Positions 13,142 to 26,423 of a stretch of 64,000 nucleotides of DNA are shown here, one piece after another. The position numbers and the translations under genes are program-made. The DNA lies in NCBI RefSeq assembly GCF_006345805.1, contig NC_042998.1:91760001-91824000 (forward strand), in the 5' to 3' direction. Source of the stretch: Octopus sinensis. Taxonomy: Eukaryota. Numbering within the stretch: the first letter of the stretch is position 1; the number at the start of each line of letters is the position of its first letter. Below the pieces are notes generated by a model, which saw nothing but the letters and a program-made list of their open reading frames with translations, did no database searches and was not told the origin of the DNA.

Positions 13142-13447
13142 GTGTACCATCTCGTCCTAAAGGGCCACTTGATATTACCAAAGTCTCTTATGACTATGTT
13201 GATCTTGAATGGAAAGCTCCTGACAGTGATGGAGGCACTCCTCTCACTAAATATATTGTTGAAGTAAGATCTGCTGCACGTGTGTCGTGGCTCAAAGCAG
13301 AAGAAATTGATCCCAAATGTACTGTTGCCAGAGTTCTTGGTTTAGTTGAGGGAACTGAATATTACTTCCGTGTGATTGCTGTTAATGAAGAGGGTGAAAG
13401 TCAACCTTTGGAGACAACAGAGTCTGCAACACCAACTAGAGACATAA
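13142..13447 (+). CDS. FN3 exon 16 (G2)
   Basis: 306 nt, phase 1-1; VPSRPKGPL...TPTRDI. Confidence 0.92.
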
Positions 13448-13651
13448 GTAAGTTATACATTTTCTTCTAAAGTAATTTTGTTATTAACTAGTCAACACAT
13501 ATTTTATTGTTTATCATTGAATGTAAAAAGAAATAATTTTAATTATATTTCATGTTTTTTATATGTTTTATAGTTTATCTCATAGTTTAGCATAATATTT
13601 TTAAAAATCTGTATTTAGTTTGGATTTTGATTTGCCTTCTGTTTATTTCAG

Positions 13652-13954
13652 ATGTGCCTGGTGTACCTTATGACTTTAGATATAGTAAATTAGGAAAATC
13701 ACATGTTACCTTAGAATGGAGAACACCACATGATGATGGTGGCTCTAAAATCCTCAAGTATTCCATCAAAATGAAGAAAGATAAGAAATCTGATTGGGAA
13801 AAACTCATGACTGTTGATGGAAATGAAAGAAATTGTAAGGTGACAGATCTGGAAGAAGGCCAAGAATATTACTTTGCTGTATGTGCTGAAAATAAGAAGG
13901 GCAGCGGTAAACTGGCAGAAATGCCTGGACCTGTTATTCCCAAAAAGGAGTCAA
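13652..13954 (+). CDS. FN3 exon 17 (H2)
   Basis: 303 nt, phase 1-1; VPGVPYDFR...IPKKES. Confidence 0.92.
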
Positions 13955-14975
13955 GTAAGCTAATTGATATTTCATAAATATCTATTCATGTAAAAAAATA
14001 TTTTTTGATTAGAATATGTTCCTGTATAAAGAAACAATTTTATGTTTATAAATCATTTTAGTATCAAAGGTATAAATAACTAAAATGTCTTATTAATAAG
14101 ATTATAATTTTCCAAACTGTTAGCCACATTTTTAAAGATGAAGTTTTTTTAAATTCAATTTGATCATTGGCCATCATTATCTTATTGTACCCGAGTGGAT
14201 CTGAACTAGAAACTTTTATTTCAATACTAAGGATCATAATGTTCTGACTAATTTTCCTACTGATGCAGGACCTAATAATGATAATCAGAAATCAATTAGA
14301 TTGAAAAACAGTATAAATGTAAATATTGAAAATAGCTTCATCTATAAAGATGTGATTAATGCACTAGAAGATTATAACGGTATATAATCTTATATCTATT
14401 TAATTATGTTGCAAGCAAATAGTCTTGATCTTATAATAGCAAATATATTTTGCTAAGCTAAGGGATGGAAATTTGGTTCCATGATTTGGACTTGTTTCCA
14501 TTATGGATCACCACACAACTTTGTTGTTAAACATTTCTTATTCTTAAAGTATATATAAAGATTACTTGTACAACAGTAACCAAAAATGCTTGGTAAAGCA
14601 AGAACATTGCTACAAGTTTCAAAGCAATTTGTTAAAGTATGTGCACAGTTATCTCAACATATTAGTTCATAGCAAGCCTAAATACATTTTAAACATATTA
14701 ATATGTATCAATATGTTGATAATTTGATATTTATATGATATTTATATTTGATATTTATATTTGATATGTTGATAATTATATCAACATATTACACACAACA
14801 TACAGACATGCTATATTAGATGCTATAACTTGAAAAAGATTGATCTTGGAATTATTAAGGTTTTTGATAATAATTTGGAAATATACATGTGTGTGCATAT
14901 GTGTAAGACATATTCATTTAGAGAAGCAGTATTTAGTGGAATACTTTTTAATATTGTCGTTTTCCAATATTTTAG

Positions 14976-15281
14976 CTGTTCCCTCAGCACCTGCTGGACC
15001 TCTGGAAATTACGAAAGTGCAGCGCACTGCCATTAGTATCCAATGGAAACCTCCTCAAGATGATGGTGGATCTCCAGTTACTGACTATATTGTAGAAAGA
15101 AAAGTACCACGTGCATTGCTATGGACAAGGATTGATAAAGTTGATGCTCACACACTGGAAATGTGCTGTGAAAATCTTTATGAAAAACATGAGTACTTGT
15201 TCAGAGTAACAGCTGTAAATGTCATTGGACATGGCCCTTACTTGGAGAGTGATGGAGTAACTTTGGCAAGAAGTCCATTCG
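14976..15281 (+). CDS. FN3 exon 18 (I2)
   Basis: 306 nt, phase 1-1; VPSAPAGPL...ARSPF. Confidence 0.92.
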
Positions 15282-15633
15282 GTAAATATTTTGAAATTTA
15301 TTCTTTTATATTATATTTTATCCTTTCCTTCTTAATCTCTGCAATCTAAAATATATGATATAATACTTTATCCATAGAAAATTATTTTATTTTATCATCA
15401 AATGACATGTTTGAATTGGAGAAAAAAAATCCACACACACACACATATATAGTTAGTATGTTTACAAGTCCAATAGTAGTACAATTAATGAGAAGAAATT
15501 GGCACAGTGTTTCAGGGTTATAGTTGTTTGACAAGTGACTTGATTTGAGATCATGTTGTGATACTGAAACAACTGCATCAGAGAAGAGTCAGGACAACCA
15601 TTTAAAACACACTCATATAGTTCCATCATCCTT

Positions 15634-15968
15634 TATCTTTTACTTGTTTTAGTCATTGGATTGTGGCCATGTTGGGGCACCACCATGAAGGGTTTTAGCC
15701 AAACAAATCAACCCTAGTTTTAAGTCTGATATTTATTCTAACACTCTCTTTTGACAAACCACTAAGTTACAGGGGCATAAATCAATGCAGATTGTCAAGG
15801 GGTGGTGTGGCACGCGTGCACACACACACACACATTTACCATTTCCACTCACAAGACTCTAGTCAATCTGGTGCTATTGTAAATGACACTTGCCCAAGGT
15901 GTCATACAGCAAAGCTGAACCTGAGACCACATGGTTGGGAAGCAACCTTCTTAACCATACAGCCATGC
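15634..15968 (-). mobile_element. SINE family 1, reverse orientation
   Basis: Reverse complement of the 2884 copy (…gacacttgcccaaggtg…gaacctgagaccacatggttggg…). Confidence 0.65.
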
Positions 15969-16179
15969 CATTCACTTTTGTTTTATTTTGAGATGGAATT
16001 ATGAAATGATAAAAGGTATAAAATATTAAAATATTTTGTTCTACAATAAATTCTTCATTGACAGGATTTAATTCATCTCAAACCTTTTCACACAATGCTA
16101 GTTTTAAAATAACATATGCCAGTTCTGCTTTTAATGTAAACATCTCTTATTGATTTATACAATTTTATATTTAATTTAG

Positions 16180-16485
16180 ATGTTCCATCTGCTCCTGTTG
16201 GTCCACTGAAAGTAAGCAATGTTACCATAGATTCTGCTGACTTGGAATGGGAACCTCCAGAAAAAGATGGTGGTAGTCCACTTACTGGTTATGTCATTGA
16301 ATACAGGACTAGTACAAGATCGACATGGTCCAAATCTGGAATGGTTGACGCAAAATCTACAAAATATACTGTTCCAAACCTGTTGGAGGGTAATGAATAT
16401 TTCTTCCGCATTATTGCTGTCAATGATGAAGGACCAAGCCGGCCCTTAGCTTCAACAGAAATTGTTAAACCAATGAGAACATTAG
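16180..16485 (+). CDS. FN3 exon 19 (A3)
   Basis: 306 nt, phase 1-1; VPSAPVGPL...KPMRTL. Confidence 0.92.
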
Positions 16486-16615
16486 GTAAAATGCATTTTC
16501 ATAATTTATCTTTTTCTTTTATTACTCATTGTTTATAAAATTTAGTTGTTTAAAACGTTCATTTATTTGGTTATCAAGTTCAAAATTGATATCTGTTTGT
16601 GTTTATCTTCTTCAG

Positions 16616-16918
16616 CTTTGCCTGGAGTCCCAGTAGATCTGAGAGCCAGCAGAGTCGGTGAAGATTTTGTTGAAATGGAATGGGATGCACCTAAATCTGA
16701 TGGCGGTTCTGCAATAATTAACTATCATTTGCAAATATCTGCATTTAAGCCTGGAGACTGGCAAAAACTTGCTAAAGTTTCTGCTTATGATACATATTGC
16801 CGAGCTGTTCGTCTTGAAGAGGACATGGATTATTACTTTGCTGTCTGTGCTGAAAATAGTCTTGGTAAAGGTGAATTTTGTGAAATGACAAAACCAGTCA
16901 AAACCAAACGAGGATTAC
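16616..16918 (+). CDS. FN3 exon 20 (B3)
   Basis: 303 nt, phase 1-1; LPGVPVDLR...KTKRGL. Confidence 0.92.
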
Positions 16919-17272
16919 GTAAGTATTCTAGTTTCTACTATATAATATATAATTGAATTTTATACATTTGTTTATATGGTCCTCAACCTCTTGGATTTTG
17001 TCAAACCATACCATCTATACCAACATGGAAAACAAAGCTGAATTGATGAGGATGATATTCTTATGTGTATTGTTCATGAGATTGTGTGTGTGTGTGTGTG
17101 TGTGTGTGAACATATGTTTTTAAAATAATATAAAAGTTTACAAGTCTTTAAATTATATATATTATGCTGACAAAGTATTTTCTCCTTTTCTTTACTATCA
17201 ATGCTAAAAAAGTAAGCTGAAATAACTTTCTGTTAAAATCGTTTTAATATGTTACTTTTTTATCATATACAG

Positions 17273-17578
17273 TGATTCCAGCCAAACCAATTGGTCCTTT
17301 GACAGTGACTGATGTAAAACGTAATTCTATTGGCATCAAATGGAAAGCACCAACTGATGATGGAGGTGCTCCTATTACTAGCTACATCATAGAAAAACGT
17401 CATGAATCTGCTCGCTTCTGGTCAAAGGGAGAAAGAGTCAGTGGTGATGTTACAACATGCACTGTGATGAATCTTCAAGAGAAAACTTCATACCATTTCC
17501 GAGTCATTGCAGTGAATCAAGTTGGGGAAAGTGAACCATTAGAAACAAAGGAAGCAACACTTGCTAGAAGTCCATTTG
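17273..17578 (+). CDS. FN3 exon 21 (C3)
   Basis: 306 nt, phase 1-1; IPAKPIGPL...ARSPF. Confidence 0.92.
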
Positions 17579-18736
17579 GTAAGTAATATAACAGAAAAAT
17601 GTTAAATATTAGTGAAAATGATGTGTGCCAGCATTAGTTATTTTTGTTGTTTATCTTCACCACTGACATTTTAAAAGATGTCTATGTTTAGAGTAAAATC
17701 TTTATATATTATACATATTTTTAATCTTTATATTTCTAATATATAAGAGAACTTCAATGTAATCAACTTGCTCCTGTCCCTGAAATTAGTGGCCTAGTAC
17801 CAAAATTTCAAAGCAATATATATAGGAGGACTTCATTAACCTAAAGAGTTACTTACAAGGGTAGGTAATTCTTGGTTCTAAAACTCCACAAGATTGTTGT
17901 CCTCATTTTAATTACATGTACCTGTTAATATTTAGAATGACCCTGTTAAATCTCCATGGTTTAGTGGAGAATTAGCAGGGGCTATACTGTTATTATGGAA
18001 ATTTAAGGGAGTATAGATTTAAGACAATGTGCACTGTGAATAGAAGTATGATCAATATAGGAAAAATTGAAAAGCAACTACAGGAATTTTATGTTAAAAA
18101 AATGTGGGCAGAAGTTAGAGTTGAAGTAAATGTTTAGGATATGGCGGAGTGTATCAAATATTAGTTATCAGTAGTTTGATTTGCTACCTGCTTCTGAAAA
18201 CTCCTTACTTGTAGTCTAGGTAGTCCTACATTATTTCATTCATTTATTTTATATTGTATTTGGTGAACTACAATATCATTGGTAACAGATTTCTAATTAG
18301 CTGATCATTAGTTCACTTCATCTATGAGAGTGAAAGCAACAAGGGACTGTCTGTGCAAGTTGGGTTAAACAAATACCACACAGGGTATCTTTATTTTGAA
18401 ATCCCTAACTGTTGGTTTACTGCCTTATTTGGCAATATACATTTGCGAAATATATACTCACACAAACATGTATATAATATGATGGACTTCTGCATAGTTT
18501 CTCTCTACCAAACTCTACTCACAAGGCAATGGTTGATTTGAAGTTATGGTAGAGTGCACATACACAGTAGGATTGAACCTGAAGCCACTGGGTTATGAAA
18601 CAGACTCTTTAACTTTTCAGCTATACACTTTTGCATGTTTCATTTCACTTCATCTAGCCAGAAAATACAAATATACCCCTCTCTTTATTTTCAAGTATTT
18701 TATTTTCAATAACATGATATTATTTCTCTTGTACAG

Positions 18737-19042
18737 ATCCTCCATCACGTCCTGTAGGTCCATTGAATGTTGATAATGTAACCAATTGTTCTGCGGATCT
18801 TAGCTGGAAGAAACCTGAAAATGATGGTGGGTCCCCAATAACAAACTATGTTTTGGAATATAAAATGGCATCAAGGAACTTCTGGACTAATGTTGCTACA
18901 GTTGGGGCAGATGTTACAAAGTTCACTGTGCCAAACCTCATTGAAGAAACAGAATTTGATTTCCGAGTTGCTGCAGTTAATGCTGAAGGCCAAAGTCCAT
19001 ACTTGGAAACTGTTGAGGTTACAAAACCAGTCAAGAAAATAA
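18737..19042 (+). CDS. FN3 exon 22 (D3)
   Basis: 306 nt, phase 1-1; PPSRPVGPL...KPVKKI. Confidence 0.92.
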
Positions 19043-19093
19043 GTAAGTTAATCTTCAAATAATTTCTCTTTTTTTTTAAAAATATATGTCACA

Positions 19094-19315
19094 CAAAATC
19101 CACTGTGTGGCACCACTTAAAAGCACCGCATGCAGTGTCACATCAAAGCACCCAGCACACTCTGTAAGGTGGTTGACATTAGGAAAGGCATCTAGCTGTC
19201 TGTATAATGCTGAAACAGGCTGGAGTCTGGTGCAGCCTCCAGCTTGTCAGATCTGATCACACCATCCAACCCATACCAGCATGGACAACAGACATTAAAT
19301 GACTATGATGATGTC
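19094..19315 (+). mobile_element. SINE/LINE 3' tail, forward
   Basis: cattaggaaaggcatc...ccatccaacccataccagcatggac...atgatgatg. Confidence 0.65.
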
Positions 19316-19427
19316 CTTTCTAGATATCTAAGAAATTAATGGAGCTGGAAAAATACTATTATCATCTCAGCAAAATTGTATGCTATCTAAATTGTAAATT
19401 TCCTTTGCTTTTCACTATATTTTACTA

Positions 19428-19475
<48 letters not shown>

Positions 19476-19585
19476 TGTGTGTGTGTGTATGTATGTGCAT
19501 GTATATATATATATGTATATAAATGTGTGTGTGTTGTTTGTATTTAGGCATTATGTTATTAGGCAATGTAAAAATTAATAATATA

Positions 19586-19981
19586 TCTTTATATATAAAA
19601 GTGAGGTTGTGTGCTGTCTGTCTCCTACGATTTAGATTCCTAACTACTCCCACATTTTGCGGTGCAGTTTAACCAAAACCGGTATCTTATAATCGTGATT
19701 CATATCGAGGCCTTCTGGGTATTAGTGCGCATCTATGATGAGTCTACGATTTAAAAAAAAATTTACCATCAATTTTTCCCATTTTTTTAATGCATTTTTG
19801 GCATATATAAGGGAAGTAACTTTCTAAAAATTTATTATTAAATCTCAGAACATAAAAAGCTACAGTAACACCCCTCTTTGTGGTTAGCCATATTGAGATG
19901 GCTATTATACTTTACATCTCTAAAAATGCTCATATAGTTATTTCCCTTACAAACCCGAGCAACGCCAGGCGATACTGCTAG
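19586..19981 (+). mobile_element. Non-autonomous Helitron-like element, about 396 bp
   Basis: 5' TC (tctttatatataaaa), 3' GC-rich short hairpin cccgagcaacgccagg followed by CTAG, inserted between A and T with no target-site duplication. Confidence 0.65.
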
Positions 19982-20020
19982 TATATATATATATTTATAC
20001 ATTTTAAATCTATCTTTCAG

Positions 20021-20323
20021 ATCCCCCAAGTCCACCAATATACTTCCGATCAACAAAAGTGGGAGCTGACTTTACTCTGTTAGAATGGAAACCCCCTCTG
20101 GAAAATGGAGGTGCCAAGATTACAAACTATCACATATTGAAACGAGAATCTGAAGATGATGAACCTCAGAAATTAAAAACAATTTCAGGTCTTGAGCTGT
20201 CTTGTGAAATTAAAGGTCTCAGACAAACAATTACTTATTACTTCTCCATATGCGCTGAGAACAAAGCTGGTCTTAGTAAACTTTGCCATGCAGATCATGC
20301 TGTATGCCCAATGAAACCACTTG
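20021..20323 (+). CDS. FN3 exon 23 (E3)
   Basis: 303 nt, phase 1-1; PPSPPIYFR...CPMKPL. Confidence 0.92.
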
Positions 20324-20760
20324 GTAAGAAGTCAAATATAATTTTTATTAAATATTTATATCGTAAAGATGTTAAAAAACATATATACAAAGTCCACACT
20401 TTTTCAATTCTCTCACTTGTATCTATACACACACACGGACACCTCCCCACACATGCACACGCACATTTACAAGAGTATCTCTAGTCCTGGTGTTTAACCA
20501 AGACTTTCCAAACTCCGACCAAATAGAGTTCTGCTTAAGAGGTGGGTCTTTCAGATCTTTGAAGGCAGAATTATTATTACTACTACTGCTACTACTACTA
20601 AGGCGGCATGCTGGCAGAATCATTAGCATACTGGATGAAATGCTTAGTTCAAATTCATCCTTTCAGGGTCGATAAAATAAGTATCAGTTGAACACCGGGA
20701 TCGATGTAATGGACTCATCCCCTCCCCTAAAATGGCTGCCCTTGTCGCAAAATTTGAAAC

Positions 20761-20834
20761 CATTATTATTATCATTATTATTATTACTGTTTTTTTTTCT
20801 TCCTTTCTTCAAATTTTCTTCCATTTTATTATTA

Positions 20835-20867
<33 letters not shown>

Positions 20868-20935
20868 TATTATTATTATTATTATTGTTGTTGTTATTGT
20901 TATTATTGCTATTGGTATTATTATTACTATTCTAT
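20761..20935. repeat. (ATT)n/(GTT)n trinucleotide microsatellite array
   Basis: Read directly from the sequence; ends next to the exon 24 acceptor. Confidence 0.95.
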
Positions 20936-20941
20936 TTTCAG

Positions 20942-21247
20942 ATAAACCAACAAGACCACGAGGTCCAATTAAAGTTTCTGATGTCCAGAAAACTTCTATG
21001 AGAGTCACATGGAAATCTCCAGAAGATGATGGTGGATCTCCTTTAACTGGTTACTTCTTGGAAAAACGAGAGGCTAACAGACAGTATTGGAGTAAAGTAG
21101 AACAGGTTCCTGCAACTGTAACTAGTTCTGTTGTTGAAAACTTGAGACAGGGTACTGAATATGAATTCCAAGTCAGTGCCTTCAATAAAGTTGGTTACAG
21201 CGAACCTCTAATTTCAGAGGGAACAACTTTAGCAAAGAGCCCATACG
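20942..21247 (+). CDS. FN3 exon 24 (F3)
   Basis: 306 nt, phase 1-1; KPTRPRGPI...AKSPY. Confidence 0.92.
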
Positions 21248-21649
21248 GTAATTTTTTTTCTACTTTCTATACTTATATCTAACAAAGCAGATATGTTTTA
21301 TTTTGTCATATTTTCTTTCTTATAATCACTTAAGTTCACAGGTGATTCCAGATTTAGATTAACTTAAAAGTATTTTATTGACAGCTTACTTTCAACCTCT
21401 AATAAATTTTTCATAGACCAATATTGTCTACTATTTTTTTCATCTTCCTTGTTTTGATTAAATAGGTTACCAGAAAAAAAGAAAATGAAAGATAAAGTAG
21501 TCACTGGCAAAACAGATTCTTTAAATTTCGATTACTTGCTTTTAGAATCTCATGATGTAAATGTTGTTTCATTTGAGAAGAGTATATCATGAAAAAGATT
21601 GCTTTCACAAATTTTTCATTTAAAAAAATACATTCCATATATTCTGCAG

Positions 21650-21955
21650 GTGTACCATCTCGTCCTAAGGGACCACTTGATGTTATCAAAGTCTCTTATG
21701 ACTATGTTGACCTTGAATGGAAAACTCCTGAAAGTGATGGAGGTACCCCTATCACCAAATATATAATTGAAGTAAAATCAGCCTCACGGTTATCTTGGCT
21801 GAAAGCTGAAGAAGTTCCTCCTAATATTACAATTGCAAGAATTTTGGGCTTAGTAGAAGGAACCGAATACTACTTCCGTGTGATTGCAGTTAATGAGGAA
21901 GGTGAAAGCCCTCCACTGGAGACAACTGAATCAACCACACCAACAAGAGAAATAA
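21650..21955 (+). CDS. FN3 exon 25 (G3)
   Basis: 306 nt, phase 1-1; VPSRPKGPL...TPTREI. Confidence 0.92.
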
Positions 21956-22262
21956 GTAAGAAATTTTTACTTCAATCCTGTAGCATTTAATCCAGCCATG
22001 TCTAGCCCAAATATTCTTCTTATTTTGTGTTAAAACTGACCAGATTCAACCTGTCACATCTACTCTATAATGTCATTCTAAAAGAATATAAATGCACCTT
22101 TGAAATCTTGAAGCTGCAAGATAATGTGTAATTAATTCAAAACAATGTGAATAAATAAGCAATACGTTTGACAAATAAATCTGAATGCTAAAGGGTTAAT
22201 TTCTATGTAAATAATATAATAAATCGTATCTGCAAATTTTAAGTACAGGAAAATAATATATA

Positions 22263-22495
22263 TATCATCATTGTTTAACGTCTGCTTTCCATGCTAGCAT
22301 GGGTTGGACGATTTTGACTGAGGGCTGGTGAACCAGATGGCTACACCAGGCTCCTAACTTGATCTGGCAGAGTTTCTACAGCTGGATGCCCTTCTTAACG
22401 CCAACCACTCCGAGAGTGTAGTGCGTGCTTTATACGTGCCACCCGGCATGGGGGCCAGTCAGGTGGTACTGGCAATGACCTCACTCAAATCTTTT
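22263..22495 (-). mobile_element. SINE/LINE 3' tail, reverse
   Basis: catcattgtttaacgtctgctttccatgctagcatgggttggacg. Confidence 0.7.
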
Positions 22496-23160
22496 TTGAG
22501 CGAGCAATAAGAAATCAGTATTGGCATAAAAAAATTATTTATTTTAAATTTCTACCTTGAATACTTTGAAGAATTAATATACTGGGTCATCATTTATTTT
22601 ATTATCTCAACTCTGTAAGTAATATTTTGAATTTACAATTAAATTGGATGACCTAAGACAATTTGATTATTGGTCATAAAGGGCTAAAAGATGCCAGAAT
22701 GTTGGTTTATTGGCAATTTTGGAACAAAAATATTTGTATCTTGGACAATTTTGAACTGTTTTCCTTGGCATTACTGTTTCTAAATCCTGCTGAAGTCAAT
22801 TTAGCCTTTCATTCTTCAGAGGTTGATAAGGTAAAATGCCAGTTGAGTATAGGAGCAATATAATCAACTTGCTTACTTCTTCCAAATTTGTGGCCTTGTA
22901 TCTATGTTAGAAACAATTATTAATGTTATTATTAATAATGATATTTTCAAAAGTTAAGTCACACATTTTGAAGGAGCAGAGCAGTCAATTATAAGAACCC
23001 CAGTGAAGGACTGTTAATTATTTTATTAACTTCAGAGTAGATGAAAGGGAAAGTCAATCTGAGTTTGAACTCAGAATATATAAGGTTGAATTTCCAAAGC
23101 TCTACCCAAACCGACAATTCCAACCCATGTCATTATTTATAATAATAATAATAATAGCAT

Positions 23161-23428
23161 GTTTTCAGGTTAAGTAACCCATCCCACTCAAAAGGTCTCT
23201 GAATGAGGTTTGTTTAAACACCCATGTTTCCAGAGGTGAATTATTCAAACCGCAAAGAATTCCTCTCAACACATAGCTATGATTCTCCCCTACTACTTCT
23301 GTGTTGAGAGGAATTCTTTGGTGTTTGAATAATTCACCTCTGGAAACATGGGTGTTTTGTTCATCATCCTTAAACAAACCTTATTCAGGGATCTTTTGAG
23401 CGAGATGGACTACTCAACCTTAAAAATT
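23161..23428. repeat. Long foldback palindrome (MITE-like), intron 25
   Basis: The arm acacccatgtttccagaggtgaattattcaaac...aaagaattcctctcaacaca is reverse-complementary to tgtgttgagaggaattcttt...gaataattcacctctggaaacatgggtgt. Outer arms extend pairing to about 115 bp around a loop of about 25 nt. Confidence 0.85.
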
Positions 23429-23961
23429 TATAACTGGGCCCCACCTGCAAGGTCATGCACTGTATATCATGATGAGATCACCATGTCATGCACATATGGT
23501 TGTGATGCATGTGCCAGGTGTACCCTTATCAGGTGGGTAATTATGTTGGGTATGCTGAGCTTCATATATTTGTACCTCAGTGTCACTTTGATGGCATGTG
23601 CTGCTCTCTCACTCAATAATAGTAATAATAATGATGATGATGATGATGATAGCTAACAGATTTGTTAGAGCATCAGACAAAATTCCATGTGGTATTTTGT
23701 TCTAGGTCTTAACATTCTGAATTCAAATCATATCAAGGTTAATTTTAACTTTGATCCTGGTTGGGATGTCAATAAAATAGAATACCAGTTAGTATTAGGG
23801 TATAATTTAAGTGACTAAAACTAAGTTGTTTGTCTTAATTTCTGGTCTCATGCCTACATTAATAACAACTGTTACTAATTTTCCAAATATTTCTAAATAT
23901 CAGATCCTTTTGTTTAAATTTTAAGATTAGTATTCACATACAATTTCTTCTTCCTTCTCAG

Positions 23962-24264
23962 CACCTCCTGGAAAACCCACTGATTTGCATACAAGTAAAA
24001 TTGGCAGAGACTTTGTTGCACTTGAATGGAAACATCCCAAAGAAGATGGTGGTTCAAGAATCACAAAATACATCATTAAGAAGCAAGATGATAAGAAGAC
24101 TGACTGGTCACGGGTAGCTACTACTGATGGCTCAGACAGAAGAGTGAAGATAGATAATCTTACTGAAGGCACAAAGTATTATTTCTCAGTTGCTGCTGAG
24201 AATAAAGCAGGAAGTGGTCCAGCAGCAGAAATGCCAAATGGTGTTGTACCTGTTAAGGAATTAA
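23962..24264 (+). CDS. FN3 exon 26 (H3)
   Basis: 303 nt, phase 1-1; PPGKPTDLH...VPVKEL. Confidence 0.92.
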
Positions 24265-24314
24265 GTAAGTTGATAATATAAATATTTTAAACTGTATCCA
24301 TAATTATGTAATTC

Positions 24315-24990
24315 TATGGTATTATTAAAAGTTTCCAGGGTGCATGTGTTCTGATTGTACTACTAAAACCAAAGTGTATGCACAATTGAGTATCATTGGT
24401 ACCCAGCTTACTGGGCCAGTCAACAAAATAGGTATCGTGTTATCTACTCATATTTAATTATTACATGAGATTTTGTAACATTGTATGAGAGCTGCTCTGT
24501 GACAATTTTGAGCAACTTGGTTGCATCAAATTTTTCTGAAAGCTTGACAAATCTATTCTCAAGGTCTGCAAAACACTTTGTCAGGCTTTTGCCAAACACT
24601 TTTTGAAGTGAATCATAAGGTTTTAGAGTAGCAAATACATTTTAAGAGTAGTCAAGTGTTAGTTCAAGATGATGAGCATTCAAAGCAACCATTCAGTTAC
24701 AAAGGGCTAGAACGTGTGAAAAAAAAATATATGAACTCACACAGGAGAACTGTTGCCAAACAAACCATCATCCTCTTCTCCTGAATGGGATCAGTTATAG
24801 AGTTTGTAGGAGATTCTTATGGAAAACATGAACATACTTCATCTTGACATGAAGTGTGTTCCCTGGCTTTTGCCATTTGATCTGAAGCAGCAGTATCTTG
24901 GTTTGTATTTTGAACCACATGAAATGGTTAACAAATGATCTACCTTTCAGCCCTAGAATCATCAAAATGGTAGGTGACTATGAAACAGAA
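24315..24990 (+). mobile_element. Decayed mariner-family transposase remnant, intron 26
   Basis: Broken frames read EQLGCIKFF*KLDKS...QAF, VQDDEHSKQP and GISYRVC...KCVPWLL, resembling mariner N-terminal and VPRLL motifs. There are many stops and the boundaries are approximate. Confidence 0.6.
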
Positions 24991-25450
24991 TTGCAAAAAG
25001 TATTGGAATATTTCTGTGATGATTTTTCAGCATAGTAAACATGGATTTATAGCTGTCTACACTCCCAAGAGAACTATTTTAAAGAGGATGATATATGAAA
25101 ATATATATGTGAAACACATTATGGAGTAATGGTGTACATTTTTTCTACTTTTTCTGGTTCAAGAACTTTCCAATACTATCTTAGAATTTTATTAAATACT
25201 TATATTTATTTTGCTTTCTTTCTCATAAATTAGTCATGCATTTTCAAATTTCCTCTATTTTTGCTGAAAACACACTCACAGACATATCTCCTTTCAAACA
25301 CATGGGTTTACTTAGTATGGCATTCTTTTTTGTTGCGTGACTATGTTGTTTTTTGTATTTTATAAAATGATCCACCAGATTTTATTTTTGCTGTTCATTA
25401 TAAAGAAGAAAATATTCAAACTCTAAATATATTTCTTTTAATATTTTCAG

Positions 25451-25756
25451 CTGTTCCTTCCAAACCACAAGGACCTCTTGAAATTACTGATTTCAGTCGT
25501 ACTTCAGTAAGCATTAGATGGAAAGCTCCTCTAACAGATGGTGGTTCTCCAATAACTGATTATATAATTGAAAGAAAAACAACTAAAGGACTTCTTTGGA
25601 CCAAAGTTGACACAGTGGAGTCATCCTTATTTGACTACACAATAACAAACCTTTATGAGAACACTGACTACTTGTTTAGAGTTTTGGCTGTGAACAGTGT
25701 AGGAACAAGTGAGCCATTGGTCTGTGATAGTGCAGTCACTGCAAAATCTCCATACA
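25451..25756 (+). CDS. FN3 exon 27 (I3)
   Basis: 306 nt, phase 1-1; VPSKPQGPL...AKSPY. Confidence 0.92.
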
Positions 25757-25936
25757 GTAAGTGTTTTTCAATATATTCAAGTGTTATTCAATTAAAAGGA
25801 AAATTTCAATTGATATTAAATTATGTAAGATGAATAACAATTAATTTAGTAAAATGTTTAATAACTAAGAAAATTAACAAATTTGGTTTTCAAAGTTATA
25901 CCTCATTTAAAAAATGTTACTGCTTGTCTTTAACAG

Positions 25937-26242
25937 GTATACCATCTCCTCCTGTTGGTCCATTGGTAATTTCAAATGTGACAATGAATTCTGCTGATCT
26001 TGAATGGAAACCATCTAAAAAAGATGGTGGATCTCCAATTACTGGTTATCTTATTGAGTATAGAACATCTGCAAGAACAACATGGTCAAAAGCAAGCTTC
26101 ATGGATGCTAAAACTACAAATTACACTGCTTCTAATCTATGTGAAGGCAGTGAATATTTCTTCCGTGTCATTGCAGTTAATTCAGAAGGACAGAGTCAGC
26201 CCTTAACTGGATCTGATTTCGTAAGACCAATGAGAGAATTGA
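25937..26242 (+). CDS. FN3 exon 28 (A4)
   Basis: 306 nt, phase 1-1; IPSPPVGPL...RPMREL. Confidence 0.92.
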
Positions 26243-26423
26243 GTATGTATCTATTTAAGATTATTTTTTTAATGTATTTTTAAGAATTAAAGAAGTCAAA
26301 CTGTCCAAAGTTGTTTTCTATAAATTTATAACATTATATTTAATAAAGAACAATTAATACTTTTTTATATCCTTATTAAATTTGATGAAATAAATATTCA
26401 TAAGTACTTCAATTTTTTCCTAG

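Noticed and set aside
14711-14790. Short tandem ttgatatttatat repeats with a small palindrome
   Set aside because: This looks like a low-complexity slippage product in AT-rich intron DNA.
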